Shown one piece after another: positions 34,181 through 47,195 of a DNA stretch of 64,000 nt; the stretch's first letter is position 1, and each line of letters starts with the position of its first letter. Under the pieces are notes generated by a model. The model did not search any database and was not told the DNA's origin. It saw nothing but the letters and a program-made list of their open reading frames with translations. The stretch comes from Oikopleura dioica (lineage: Eukaryota; Animalia; Chordata). The stretch spans positions 1,302,001 to 1,366,000 of the forward strand of contig OU015566.1 in the NCBI GenBank assembly GCA_907165135.1, in the 5' to 3' direction. The position numbers and the translations under genes were made by a program.

Positions 34181-37100
34181 ATGAAGCTTTTAAAAATGTT
34201 CTTGTTCCTGGGTGCATCCCAGGGGCAAGATACAGCCTGCCCAGCCGGCTGGACGCCCGGAAAAGATAAATGCTTCAAAGTCATTCCAGGACGAGGCGTG
34301 AAACTGAGAGACGCTGGTATTGCTTGCAAAGGACTTGGCGGCGATTCTCGCCTGTTTACGCCATCTAGCCCGAAAGAAATTCAAGAAGTAAAGACTCTCG
34401 CGCAGAAGCAAAGCTTTGGTCTCAACTGGGCGCAGATGTACGTCTGGGTCGCCTACAAATTGGAAAATTCTAGCGCTCGGAAATTTCCTCCACAGCTTCA
34501 GTTTGGGCTCGGCAACCTGAATAGAAAACCTGAGTCAGGGTCTGAAAGAGCAAAAATGAAAAGCCGCGTAGCGGCTTTTTTTAGAAACGAAGCCGCAAAG
34601 CGGCTTCGCCAGAATTTAAATATAAGATTGAAAAATAATCTTGCGAAGCCGCCTTGCGGCTTCGTTTCTAAAAATGCCGCTACGCGGCTTTTCATTTTTG
34701 CTCTTTCAGACCCTGACTCAGGTTTTCCATTCAGGTTGCCGAGCCCAGGATTCAGTATTTTACCGGCTCGGATGCCCCCGAAGCTATGACTGATCCGGGC
34801 ATGGCCCGAGTCTGGATCCGAAAAACGAAGTCGCTGTTGAACGCTGGTCTTGTCGCGAAAAATGATATGAAGTTCATCCGAATGAACAAGGGGCAATTTC
34901 AGCTGACGAGTCCTTCGTTGAAGTCGTTTTTCGGAAAATCTCTTTGTGAAATTCCGAAACAAAAGATCGTCTGTGGCGATTCTAGATATTGCTATCAGCG
35001 GGAAAGTTTGCTCTGCGACGAGATTAAGTACGATGGAGAAATGGACACGACGGAGATGGGGTACAAATGCGCAGCGTGGAATGATGAAAGTGTTTGGCCA
35101 CATGCCTACAAGGAAAATGTGAGGGAAAAAGGGGAAGGTGTCTGGAACCGACAAAAAATTTCGACAAATTTTGGGTGGAAATTTTCAACCAATCAGAAGC
35201 TTGGACTTGGCAAACCGGCCAATCAGCAGCCGAGTAGCCGCCCACGCAAAATTTGTCGAAATCTTTTTGTCGGTTCCAGACACCATCCCGTAAAAAGGAT
35301 GAAGGAGATTGTTATCACTGATTTCAGGGGGCAACGCATAATTTCTGTCGAAATCCTACGAATGATGAAGATGGTCCTTGGTGCTACACTGATAGTCCTG
35401 ATGAGAAGGAACAGTTTTATTTGCTAGTAACTCTAACCCAAACCCTAACCCTAACCCTCCAACCAAGGCCTTAAGGGTGTCAACATCGATTTTCGCATTT
35501 TTAAGAGATACCCTTACTCAATCGATGTTGACACCCTTAACCATTGTTTCTACCTATCCCGAATTCCCCAGTCCCAAGCCCCCTTTTTGTTCCGAAATTA
35601 ACACTAAGAGAACTGTTAAAAGTGGGATAGATGCCCAGTTCCACAATGCAAAGAGCCCGAAAATGAGTTTCTCCGCGATCAAGCTGCTTGCGGAAAACGA
35701 CCATTGAAGCAAGACGCGGAAAGAATCATTGGAGGCCGAGATGCCAAATTGGGAGAAATCCCATACCAAGCTCGCTTGAGATACAAGCAGCAGCTCAACT
35801 TTGGAGGACAAAGGACAGATCATCAATGCGGTGCGACGATTATCTCGAGTTGTTGGGTTTTGACCGCGGCGCATTGCATTCCGACAGAGGATTGGTTCAC
35901 TGGAGGCAAAAATGTTGGTCAAGGTGGACAAGATTGGTTCAGAGTCGATGTTGGTTCGAGATTCTTCTACTCAGAGTAAGACAAACAATCGAAAGATAAC
36001 CCGCTGATTAGATATTTTAGCGCTAATCTGGATGTCATCACAGAGCACCCCGAAAAATTCGAAGATGCCAAGACCTTCCAAAGCTTCCGTGTCAAAGATG
36101 TCATCATGCATCAGGTCTTTATCCCCGTTTATTGTGGCAAATACTGACAAATCACAATTCTAGCGATACAAGCATCCAAACAACGATTTAACACTCATCC
36201 AACTTTTCCCGAGCAAAGAAGACGGTACTTGTATTGTCTTCGACGATCACACTCAGCCTGCCTGTATCAATACTGACAAGTATGAATCAATAACCTAGAG
36301 CAGAGTCACCTCACCCAAGATTCATCAATTTTCACCCCACCTCACCTCACCTAAAAATCGGCTTTCACCCAATTTCACCTTGGTTCACCTATCATTCACC
36401 AAAAATTTTTCACCTCACCTCAACTGAAATTTTCAAAAATTAGATTTCACCCAAAGTCACCTTTAGGGGAAATATGGTGAAAAGTTTTCACCTCACCTCA
36501 CCTCACCTAAAATTTTCGAAAATCGGCTCTCACCCAATTTCACCTTTGTTCACCTACCAATGTATTCACCTTAAATTTTTCATATCACCTTACCTCACCT
36601 GAAATTTTCAAAAATCGTTTTTGACCCAAATTCACCTTTAAGTGAAATTAGGTGAAAATTTTCACCTCACCTCACCTAATTTTTTTGAAAATCTGCTTTC
36701 ACCTTAGTTCACCCAAAGGTGAAGTTTGGGTGAATCTATTTTACCTCACCCTTAGGTGAAGCTGAAAGGGTGAATTTGGAACTCTGACCTAGAGTCATCC
36801 TTGTTTTCATCTTTTTTTTAAGCTTCCGATTCGGAGAAGGCGACAAATGCTCAATCTCTGGCTGGGGCGATACAAGCGTCGAAACAGAAGGAATTCAACT
36901 GGCCCACACGCTGCAGACAGCGAATGTCGACATAAAAGACTTCAAAAACTGCGCAAAATCGTACCGTGATGTGAAGCGATATCTCAAGCCAAAAATGCAC
37001 ATGTGCGCTAGCGCTCCTGGAGTCGACACTTGCCAGGTAAAATTGAAAAATGGACTTCTCTTGCAGAGAAAAAAGGATTTAAACAAACTTCAGTCCGACT

Positions 37101-37371
37101 CTGGAGGACCACTTGTTTGCTACAAAAACGCCCAGGAATGCGAAGGAAACTGCGAATTCGTTGGCGACCGAGGATATTTGACCGGTGTCGTCAGCTTTGG
37201 AAATGGCTGTGCAAGGGTAAAATCTTCATAAAAAAAATCTTCTAGGAATTTTTTCAGGAAGACTTCCCTGGAGTCTATGTTCCTGTCTCGCAATACTACA
37301 ACTGGATCAAGAAGGAGGTCGAAAGGGCAGGACCAAATCCTTACGAGAGAAGGAAAAGTTTCAAAAATTAA
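34181..37371 (+). CDS. Mosaic serine protease: CTLD-like domain, kringle and trypsin domain
   Basis: Signal peptide; CPAGW...KCF; kringle [17 protein letters not shown] / [18 protein letters not shown]; R-IIGG; TAAHC; NNDLTL; DTCQ-SDSGGP; PGVY. Confidence 0.92.
34505..34746. mobile_element. MITE family A copy filling almost the whole of a protease intron
   Basis: Near-perfect palindrome gggctcggcaacctg...caggttgccgagccc. The coding frame is continuous across its removal. Confidence 0.9.
35475..35536. mobile_element. 62-bp TTAA-flanked mini element
   Basis: ttaa|gggtgtcaacatcgat ... atcgatgttgacaccc|ttaa. Confidence 0.8.
36301..36786. mobile_element. Non-autonomous hAT-type element with (CTCAC)n repeats
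   Basis: CAGAGT...ACTCTG termini; 8-bp TSD ACCTAGAG on both sides. Confidence 0.9.
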
Positions 37372-37658
37372 TTTATCAAAATTTTTTTTTGGCGAAAAAT
37401 TTTCTATTTTTTTGAAAATTTTTTTTTCGAAAAATTTTCTATTTTTTTCGAAAAATTTTTTTTTTCGAAAAATTTTCAGAAACTTGAGAAAAGAATGGTC
37501 TGTACGGATCCAAAATGCGTCTAAAACTGCACCTTTTTACACAAATAAAAAAATCGAAACCGAAGTTAATTTTTTGAAATCAAGGAAGAGAACATATATT
37601 TACAAATTCCAACAAATTGGCGACAAGAATAATTTATACACAGAAACAATCGAAATTT

Positions 37659-37901
37659 TCATCCCGAAACTTCATGCTCCTTGTTCTTCTTCTTATTACT
37701 CACAATTTTGATCAGCAATGCGAGAGGGATGAGAACGCCGACGATTCCAAGCCCAAGGAGGATCATCGATCGGTATTCTGCGAATTTACTTTCTTCTTCG
37801 GTAAGGACTTTCATTTGACGATGCTCGGTGTCTTCGATTTCTTGAGTGATTGAGTACATCATTTGATCGTTTTGATTGTTTTGGAGGTTTTGTTGGCGCA
37901 T
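37659..37901 (-). CDS. Small single-TM protein (may have upstream exons)
   Basis: MILLGLGIVGVLIPLALLIKIV followed by SNKKKNK. Confidence 0.5.
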   Translation of the reverse strand: MRQQNLQNNQNDQMMYSITQEIEDTEHRQMKVLTEEESKFAEYRSMILLGLGIVGVLIPLALLIKIVSNKKKNKEHEVSG

Positions 37902-38399
37902 TGGTCGTCTGAAGTTTTAAGTAATTAAAAATTTCGGACTAAACCAATCTTTTGAAGTGAATTTTCGGATTACCAATAAGATTGCTGTATTTGACCTACC
38001 GGCCAATCAAAACCCTTTCTTTAAAAATCTGTTCTAAAAATTGGTTCTACCCTTAAATTTCAACCTTTTTTGACCAAAATTAATATTTTTGAGGAAAAAA
38101 TTTTGATTTTTAGTAAAAAAAACGTCAAAAAGAGTGAAATAAAACTTTTTTTAGAGTTGTTTTAACCCTCGAATAAAAAATCTTTCTAAAGACGGGGAGA
38201 TAAAAATTGTGCTTTTACGTACACTCGAAATGGTCAGTTTCAAGAGTCGATCCAGATCAGAAAGAGTGGGTCTCTTGACTGTTCAAAGTCGCGAAAAGTG
38301 CGCGCAAAGGGCATCACAGACAGTCTGGAACAACAGCATTCATCTTTCAAAATTCACCGCAAAAATTTTCACCCCAACTCGTTACCTGATCATTTTTTC

Positions 38400-41300
38400 G
38401 CCAAAAACTCCAACTGGGCTTCTCAAATTGTGTTTTTGTTGAAAATTTTGCTGCCCTTGTTGTTGCTGTTGATTTTGATTATTCTGCTGGGAGTTTTGTT
38501 GTTGTGAGTGCTGCGGTTTTTGTTGAGAAATCTGCGGCTGTTGGGCTTGAATTGCTTTCACAGGTCTGCCCATTTGGCCTTGCACTTCTGTTCCTTCTGT
38601 GCTGAAATCGTATTTGGAGCTAAGTTGCTTACCTTGCAAGTGCATCGGCACGCCTCTTCTCAGCGAGCCTTCGACGCCGAATTTGTAAATTATTCCGCGG
38701 TCGTTTCGCATCATGTCTACCACGGAAAAAGCGATTTCGACCTGAAAACTCTCGATTAAAAATCTTTGTCTCATTATTTATAAAATGTATGCGAAAGCGC
38801 AACCTAATAAAGAAACCCCAGCTCTCAGGCTGCAAATTGCAGTCTCGCAATGCGAAAAATTGCTAGTGAGCCTAAGAGATTATGGTTTTCTAAGTGCGCT
38901 CACGATTTTTCAAGCATGCTCTTATTTCGTGAAATACAAGCTCCGTGTCAGCTCATTCCGCTTTTTTCTTTCAAAATCGTATTTGTCTTTATCAATCCTC
39001 GAAGTTCGAATCCGCCTGTCAGTGGTTCATCGAGCTCGGAGAAAAAAAAAAAGATTTGTGACTTCAAGTTTTGACAGGGGCTATTCTAACTGTCAAATAG
39101 AGGCCCTAAAGTTTAGATAAAAAAGAACGCTTCTGGATCCTTAATTTTCCCGAAAATTATACCAATATATTTGATTATATTCAGAGTCGTAAACTTTGCT
39201 TTATTTCTACTGAGCTGAGCTGAGCTGAGTGAATATTTCTCTGACCTAAGCTGAGCGGGCTTTTTTGAGAAATCATTGAGCTGAGCTGAGCTGAGCTGGT
39301 CTTTTACAGAAGTCATTGAGCTGAGCAGACCGACTTTAGAGCTTAGCTGGTTGAGCTGAGCTGTTTTTTTACTGTATTTTTACTACTAGAATAATGTTAT
39401 GATGCTCATCTGAGCTGAGTGACAATTGTGCGAGCTGAGCTGAGCTGAGCTGATCAGAACAGAGTCATGTCCAAAATCATTGAGCTGAGGTGAGCTGAAA
39501 TGAGTGGTAATTGTCTGAGCTGAGCTGAGCTGAGTAGACGAGATCATTTATGAAAATCACTCGTCGCTCAGCTCACTCAGCCAGCTCAGCTCACTCAGCT
39601 TACCAAAACCCCAACTCTGATTATATAATATTATATAATATAATTTATTTTATTCAGAAAATCTTGAAAAAGAGCTAGAAAAACTCGGAAAATTGTCTTC
39701 AAAATTCTCTCCTGGGAAAACGTGAAAGAAGCTTACCTCGTTCGTTGAAGAGACGTAATTTGGAGGGCGTTTGTCGCCACAGTGAAATTGCTTTGAATAG
39801 GTTCTCGCCGCACGCTCGACAGGTGAAGAAGCCATTTCGAATAATTCTTCAATCAACTGCCTCTTTACCGACAATTTATTACGTGCAGGCAATTAGTGAC
39901 GGGCCCAAGAAAAAGGAAGGACACGTTAAGTTCATTAATCGCTACCGATTTGGTCCCGTCAACCCCTATTGGGCCAGAAAATGGGCTGAGTTCTAGCTCC
40001 CGCGAAAAATTGTTTATGAATTTATAATTTGCAGACTTTGGCTCACAGACAGGGTTTTGGTTATTACAGTTGCACAATAGCAAAACTTACAATATCCAAA
40101 TTGTTTGGTAAAGTATTACAGTATTTTCTTCCTGTAACTCGCCAAAAAAAATTTCTTATCAAAAGATAAAAATGCTGTAAACAGGAGCACCTTATGCTCT
40201 TTCCACGTGATCAATTTTTTTTATCAGTGCTTTTTTTACAGAATGTATCGTCTAATGAACCTTATCAGCGATATACATAATTTATCACGTGTTTTACAAA
40301 ATATATCTCGGCGAAAATTTCAAAATACGCGGAGATTAGTGGAAAAACACGAAATGACTCGTACGTGGCTGCGAGGCTCAGCTCCGGAGGAATTTGAAAA
40401 TAACAACTTGTTGTTCAAAGGTGCTCTGAACAACGCAACTGTGAAATAAAACAAAAAAGGGGAAAATAGTATCTTATTAAGGGCGTCAACATCGATTCGA
40501 TCCAAGTTTTGAGGATCATTTAGGTGCCTTTCTTAAGGGTACTACCTTCGATTTCCAAAATGATGAAGTTGCGGAAATCAAAGGTAGTACTCTTAAGGGT
40601 GTCCCCAACGATTTTTTTAAAACAGGCTATACTTTGAGCTATTTTTTATAGAACTTTCTGAAGGCTTTTCGGCTAAAAGAAATATACTCACTATTATTTA
40701 GACCCTTTTCTATGCCATAAATTTGGCAGAATTTTGAAATTGTAATCTTTTAATCCCCTACCGCTTCTTCAAAGAGTTCTGATTTTTCTATTCTGACCAA
40801 TCTTTGAGATCGTTTTTCTCGAGTTCTACAAATTCAATTTTTAAATTTCGAACAGATCCTGATTCCTTGAACGCTCCTCTATGCCATAAATTTGACGGAT
40901 TTTTAAAATTTATCTGTATGCATCTGATACGATGCATTCTTTGAAGTAACGATTATGCTGAAGTTTGAGCTCGATTCTAGCGCTGTTCCTGAAATTCAAT
41001 TTTTCTCATTTTTACAGGAATAATAGTTTGATCTATTTTCAGTCTCCCGGTTCGCTCATATTTTGCGTTGATAAGACCCTTAATCCCTTTTTCCGGCGCC
41101 AAAGTGCAGGTGTTTGCGACTTTTGGCGCACTGTTTGAAAGTGAAAAATTTGTGCTATCGTATTGATATAGGTATCATTGAATAGAGAATTTTTCAAGCT
41201 CTCAGAAAATATACAGGTCGATATATAAAATCGAAAGTTTGAAAATGACACTTTTTACAGTGCATTTCTATCGAGCCGTAATGCATTAGCGCTGTCATAG

Positions 41301-44300
41301 AAACAGCAATATCTCGAGAATCAGATGAGATATTTCAGATCTGAAAAAAGTTCTAGAATCAGCTTCCTTTAATTAACTGAAAAAAATTTGGTCATCAGAC
41401 TAAGATTAGTCGAATCCGATCGTTGGGGACACCCTTAATGAAATAGTTTTTCATAAAAAAATTAACCTCTTGACACCCTTATTTATTCTGCTGATTTTCA
41501 GGCATATTTGATGAAAGCCTACTGATTTTCCAAAAAAAGGTCAGAATTAATGTTTCTCAAGAGTCGATTTTAATTCAGCTAGTTTGCTTAAAATTCAAGC
41601 ACCTGTCAGCTAAAAGTCCCTCTTTTTACATCATTTTATAATTTTAAACCGCCCTAAACATCCCTATCGTGAAAAATTTAGGGGTAACAGCAGAATGTTT
41701 ATGATTTGATGTGAGATTAGCGAGCGGCGAAACCATGTTCCTGTTGATCGCCATCAACTATTCGCACTTTGTTGCCTTCGTGACATCCATCTACCACGAA
41801 GCCGTACCACTTCAGAATGATTTTGTGTCCAGGCAACGTTTGCAAGCTAAAAACAGATATTCAAATGAATATTAAAAAAAGCGTTTTTAAAAAAAGAGCG
41901 TCGAGCAACCAAAATTCAGTTACAAATATCAGTTATTAGCTATTTTGTTTAAATTTATTATTTTATATATTTTGACTGAGTTTTTCTTAAAACTTTTATT
42001 TTTTTTAAACAGACTTCTTACTGGGGAGGTGTCTGGAACCGACAAAAAATTTCGACAAATTTTGCGTGGAAATTTTCAACCAATCAGAAGCCTGTATCCG
42101 GCAAACCGGCCTATCAGCAGCCGAGTAGCCGCCCACGCAAAATTTGTCGAATTTTTTTGTCGGTTCCAGACACCATTCCTTCTTGCTACCCCTATTTTAA
42201 TGTGAAAAAGTACAGTGGATTGATAAAGAATGCAAATCTCGTCAGAACAACTCATTCTTCAATAACTGCTGAGCTTGTGAAAAAAGAAAGACCGTTCAGT
42301 TACTTTTGGAATGCAGCGTGCGGTCAGCCAGTCTAAACACTTCTGAACCCACAGCTGAAGCTATAACCTCCGCAAACCAGACTGTCCCTCTTTCAATTTC
42401 TGCGAAATCTTTCTTTAGAAAAAGAACTGCAGCAATTGAAGTGAACGGCCTCTAGAAAAAGCGAAAAGAAGGGGGTCCAATTTGACGACATTTTCGACAA
42501 TTAGGCGTCTTTCGAAAGTTGAATGCCGTAGATTTCGGAGGTTGACGTGTGGTAGCGGGTTTTTGGATGTTTCTTGCATCAGAAATTTTGATCAAAAATG
42601 GGGGTGGGGGGAGGCTTATGCAACCATATTAATGGTAGACTCCATTTTTATCCTGTAGTGTTTTTACTGAAAATAAGCTCTTGTTCACACTCACCCTATT
42701 TTCGAACGAAGGGTACTTGAATCAAAGGTTCTTTTAATTATTAACGAAACGTCATTTTTCTAGTGCTATGACGTCACCTATATCATGTGACTTTTATTCT
42801 AGGCGTCGAAGTCTAAATTGAATAAAAACTTAGTTTTATTATGGTAAATATGGCCTGTCAAAAAGGGTTTTTAAAGAAAATGGACGAAAATGAATATTTT
42901 AAGAAATAATAAAGATTTCAACACGTGACTGATTCTTTAAGAAAACAACGCTAGAACGCGCTGACGTAAGCGTAACATGCTCAGCCCCCGCATAAGCTCA
43001 TTTAGTCTCATCGTTCTTTAACAGGTTAACATTGCCGTCCGTTCGGTTAGCGCTTCTTGAAGAGAAGAAAAAAATTCTTGAGAATTCTAACAGAAAAAAA
43101 AATCTCGAATCTCGAGTGTCCGAAGAATTTGTCTGTCAGACGCAAATAGACGTTACATTAATCTACCTCAAATTCCAGAAGATAAAAGAACCCCGAGAAC
43201 AGGGTAACACGAGAACCAGTTCTACTCGAAGCGCATGCTGTTATCAGTTCCTTATCATAAGCGCTTACGAAAACGAACGAGAAGCACCTAAATATCGAGG
43301 TGCTTAATTTTTGATAGACCGTTTTTTCGGAACCTCCGAGAAGTACTGTAAATATTTACTGCTTTTAGACCTCGCTTTTCGAAATTTTATTTCAAGATAA
43401 TTTTAGGGTCACATTTCTTTTTTGTCGCTCAGACAAAATTAAAAAAAAATCAGACGTTTTGTCTGTCAGACAAAATTGCATTCCAATCCACGATTTTTTT
43501 GGCAAAAAAAAATTTTTCTTAGAAATTGTCTGGGATTTTTTTTTTAATTTCGAATTTTTCTTAGTTTCGTTTTGAGTCTTTTTTATTTCAAGCTTTTCTT
43601 CGCAAATCTGCAGAAGGTAAGCGAATCGGATCCGATCAGAAAACAAAATATCCAGATCGAGCATCTGAAATAACTCTGGATTTCCACGTGGATAGGTCTA
43701 TTTTAGAACCGATCTTATTTTAGATAGAAAAGGGTTTGCGGGATCAGGGGATTGCTCAATTAGTAGATTACGAAGCGGGGTTAAGCCGCCAGATCATCTT
43801 TTCGTCGCCTTGATTATTGAATGAAAAAAACGATGACCAATAAGCTGAAAATTACCGTAAAACGCAATTCATGCCGGTGTTGATTTTCTTCGGGAAATTA
43901 GGTGTCTGGAGGATCTCTTCTCGGCCAGGCTGTACTTTGATGATCTTGTCGAGGATTACATTTTTAAAAAATCTCAAGCACCAATGCTTGATTGAAAACA
44001 CACATTTATACATTCATCTAGTAATTAAATCTTTAGTATTTTGGCTCAAAAAGCTCACTGTAAAATCCTAAAAGGTTATAACTTATAAGGAAATAAAACA
44101 AGGTCGAAATTGAACATTTGAGAGGCTTTGAGCTTTTGTTATTCCTTTGCTGAAAGCTGTACTTTATCGTTTAAAGTTTAAATTTTAAACATTAACCTAA
44201 ATAAAATTATTTCGCTGACAACTTTTCTCGGAGCAATAATACCCTTTTTGAAAAGGAATTATTTTAATAACATCATTTATAAAAGGTCATTAACCTCAAT

Positions 44301-44832
44301 AAAGTATGATTACCTTATTTCGGGGATAAACTGACCTAATTTAACAATTGATTTAAATAAATTATTTAAAATAATTGTGAATAATTCAGAATAACGGGTT
44401 AGAAAATCATTGAAAAAGTGAAAAGGTCGACTAAGAACTTGAACACAAAAGCAGTAGGGTTGACTTTTCTTTGCAAATCTTTATTTTGTCAATGCAAGTC
44501 AAACACAAAAATATTCTTTTTGCCCTTTTTTGGGCAATTGAAAACCCTTTTTTAAAAGCGATTTTCTGATAATGGACGATAATCAAGAATTTGAGGATAA
44601 TTCGGGGCTGAAGAAATTCCGTAAAACAAGTCAGACGAAGGATTCAAAAATGTGTAATCCATTCCTGCGGGCCGCAATTGAAAGGTTTTCTAGCGCCCTT
44701 CAAATTCACCATCGGCGTTCCGGCTTCATACTGACTGTAATCGCCAGTACTAGCAACCGGTGAATTCGCCGGTGGAATTTGAAAACCCGAGCCCGTTTGA
44801 CCAAGAACCATCATCATTTTGTAAATCTTCAT
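38400..44832 (-). CDS. Secreted CUB-domain protein split by long introns; 3' end uncertain
   Basis: Exons 44832-44665 (..FNCGPQ), 43944-43856 (IIKVQPGREEILQTPNFPKKINTGMNCVL-R), 41846-~41745 (LQTLPGHKIILKWYGFVVDGC..VRIVDG), ~39790-39740 (FHCGDKRPPNYVSSTNE) and ~39060-39000 (DEPLTGGFEL). Splice phases agree for the first three exons. Confidence 0.65.
39182..39619. mobile_element. Non-autonomous hAT-type element with (GCTGA)n repeats
   Basis: CAGAGTC...AACTCTG termini; flanks ATTATATT / ATTATATA (7 of 8 match); same family as 47844-48297. Confidence 0.85.
40481..41478. mobile_element. Nest of three TTAA-flanked GG-terminus (Kolobok-like) non-autonomous elements
   Basis: Outer gggcgtcaa...ttgacaccc; inner 40537-40592 (gggtactacc...ggtagtactc) and 40597-41434 (gggtgtccccaacgat...atcgttggggacaccc), the inner two sharing a TTAA. 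Confidence 0.75.
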
Positions 44833-45557
44833 TTTTCTTCCTTTCTTTCTCTTTTTTTGTGATTATAGTTGAGACAAATGAAATACGAGTGTAGATTTTT
44901 ATTCTTATTATTTTTTCTCGAATCTGCTGAATTGAAGTTATATTAGAGCAGCGCAGAGCGCGAAATTCTAGAATCGCGCATTCTCAGAGGGCGCGCGCGA
45001 GCCCCGCAGCGGTAGTACTTTTGCGAAAGACGCGACGCTTCCTGGAAGAACCATTCAATTTGATACAATTGAAGAAGTTTTGAAAATTTCGAGTCGAAAA
45101 TTTTAGTCGAAATTTTCGATTATTTTAAATAATAATTAGATTTTAAAACAATAATTAAAATAATTAACTATTTAATTATGCAAAAAAATTGTTAAAAAAA
45201 TCATTTATACTGGGGATACCCTTAATAAACGAAACCCAAAAATAATCAGAAATTATGATAATAACTCCTACTTCGTAAAGCTTTCCTCAAAAACTGTAGT
45301 TCATCTCAAACAAGATTCCCGAATGACGTCATTTCTAGGAGCACTTGATTTATACAAGAGTTTTTGAATTTCTAAATCATTCTTTTTTGCACCCAAAATC
45401 CCGTGATTCGTTTTCTTTCACTGTATACTATTGGCGCCGAATCCCAGATTCTCAATTGATCCTTTGTTTGACTCATTCATCCCTATGGGAAGCGCGCGTC
45501 ACTTCCGTGCGCCGATTAAATGCGTCATAAAAGCCTTATCAGTTCCGCGCACCGCTT

Positions 45558-45997
45558 TGATGTTGCACTGATATTCTCATATATGATGGATCATGATGAT
45601 TCCCAAGGATGACTCATTTCAATCTTTGATAAATCAAGATCAGTCAAAGCATGACTCATCGCGCTCTTACCGCCAACACACCAACAAGATTCTCCAACCA
45701 GATTCTCAACGATGGCGATAACGAGTCACTCAACAACGCCACCTTACTCTGTACCCCCACCATTCACTGACTATATAAAGCCTGTACTTCACTGTCGACA
45801 TATGAGCTTATCAAAGACCTTCAACATCGGTCTAATAAAGCGCTATATAAACAACAATCTCTTTTTATCCTGCAGAAGCCAGCATTATTAGAAAAAGACA
45901 GGGAGTACACAATTATCCACGAGGACTCAGCAGAGTCCAAGTGGACTCAAGCCCTAAGGAGGCTTTATTTCCTTATTATATACCGTCTTCAATACCA
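45558..45997 (+). mobile_element. Possible solo LTR
   Basis: TG...CA ends with an imperfect 10-bp inverted repeat, TATATAAA at ~45772 and AATAAA at ~45834. No TSD found. Confidence 0.3.
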
Positions 45998-46072
45998 AAT
46001 TTGGAAAATTGATGAGAGAGAAAAGAAGGAATTGGAATTCGTGACTTTGAATAATTGACAGAGTCTCTAAGT

Positions 46073-47195
46073 GGTGGTATGCGGTCATGTGGGTATTATA
46101 CCCGCGTTCACTGTTCCCCCCGAACGTGGGTATTTATACCCACGTTCACTCTTTCTTCCGAACATGGGTATTCGATACCCACGTTCACACTTACTGGCGA
46201 ACGTGGGTATTTTCCAGGCGTTTTGAGAACAGTTCTGTTCTAGAGCCTCATCTGTTTCGATGAAGGCGGGAAACACACCGATTACCGGACGTACAAAAAG
46301 GTTCATTTTACAGCTCTAACTTGAAAAATTTTGGAGAATCCTTCAAGACCGACTTGAGAACCAGCTTCGGCCGCTGACCGGGCTGTCCTGCACTCTTAAC
46401 GCTGGACTTGTCTTTTTGAGGTTAAAAGTTAGATGAATTTAAAAAACTTTTTGCAGGCAAATTTCTGACCTGGCCAGATTTTGTACCCTTATGAAAGCCC
46501 GCAAAATTTTGAGTCGATTCGACCAAACCGTTTTTGAAATTTTCTAGAGAATGACGTCACAAATGACGTCAGAAGGTCCCAAATACGCAAAACTTTGAGT
46601 CTTATTTTAATTGCCTTCCCGATAGAATTAAGGAGTTTTCTACAGCTCAGATGAAAGCTTATTAAAAATTGAACTAAGGTTCTTGAGGGTTTAAAAAAAA
46701 TTTTGAAAAACTGGGCTCTAGAATTTCGCGAAAAAAAATTTTCAACCAAATAAAAAAATCTTGAAAACCTTAGTTCAGTTTTTCACAAGGATCAATTTGA
46801 GCTGTAAAACACCGAAAAATTCCTTCAAAAAAGCCTCTAAAAACTGACTCAAAGTTTGGCCGAAATCGCCATTTTTGCCAACTTCATACGTCATTTATGA
46901 CGTCATCGTCTGACGGTTTAGGCCCAAATCTAGTCCAGTCAACTCGAAATTTTACGGGCTTTCTGCTAGCTATGAAAATAGGCAAAGTCAGAATTTTGCC
47001 TGCAAAAAGTTTTTTAAATTCATCTTATGTTTCTAGAGCAAGTTATTTTATATACCACCGTTCAAACAAAATTTCATTTATTGAACGTGGGTATTTATAC
47101 CCGCATTCGGACATTTGAGCGAACGTGGGTATTAATACCCTCGTTCGAGAAATCACTGAACGCTGGTATAAATACCCTCATGACCGCTTACAACC
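46073..47195. mobile_element. 1.1-kb non-autonomous TIR element with GG termini and 8-bp TSD (Merlin-like)
   Basis: TSD CTCTAAGT at 46065-46072 and 47196-47203; TIR ggtggtatgcggtcatg / catgaccgcttacaacc; subterminal gaacgtgggtat...atacccacgttc palindromes. Confidence 0.85.

Noticed and set aside
35425-35465. Telomere-like (CCCTAA)n, also at ~5900
   Set aside because: Only 2-4 imperfect units inside introns, too short to indicate a chromosome end or fusion.
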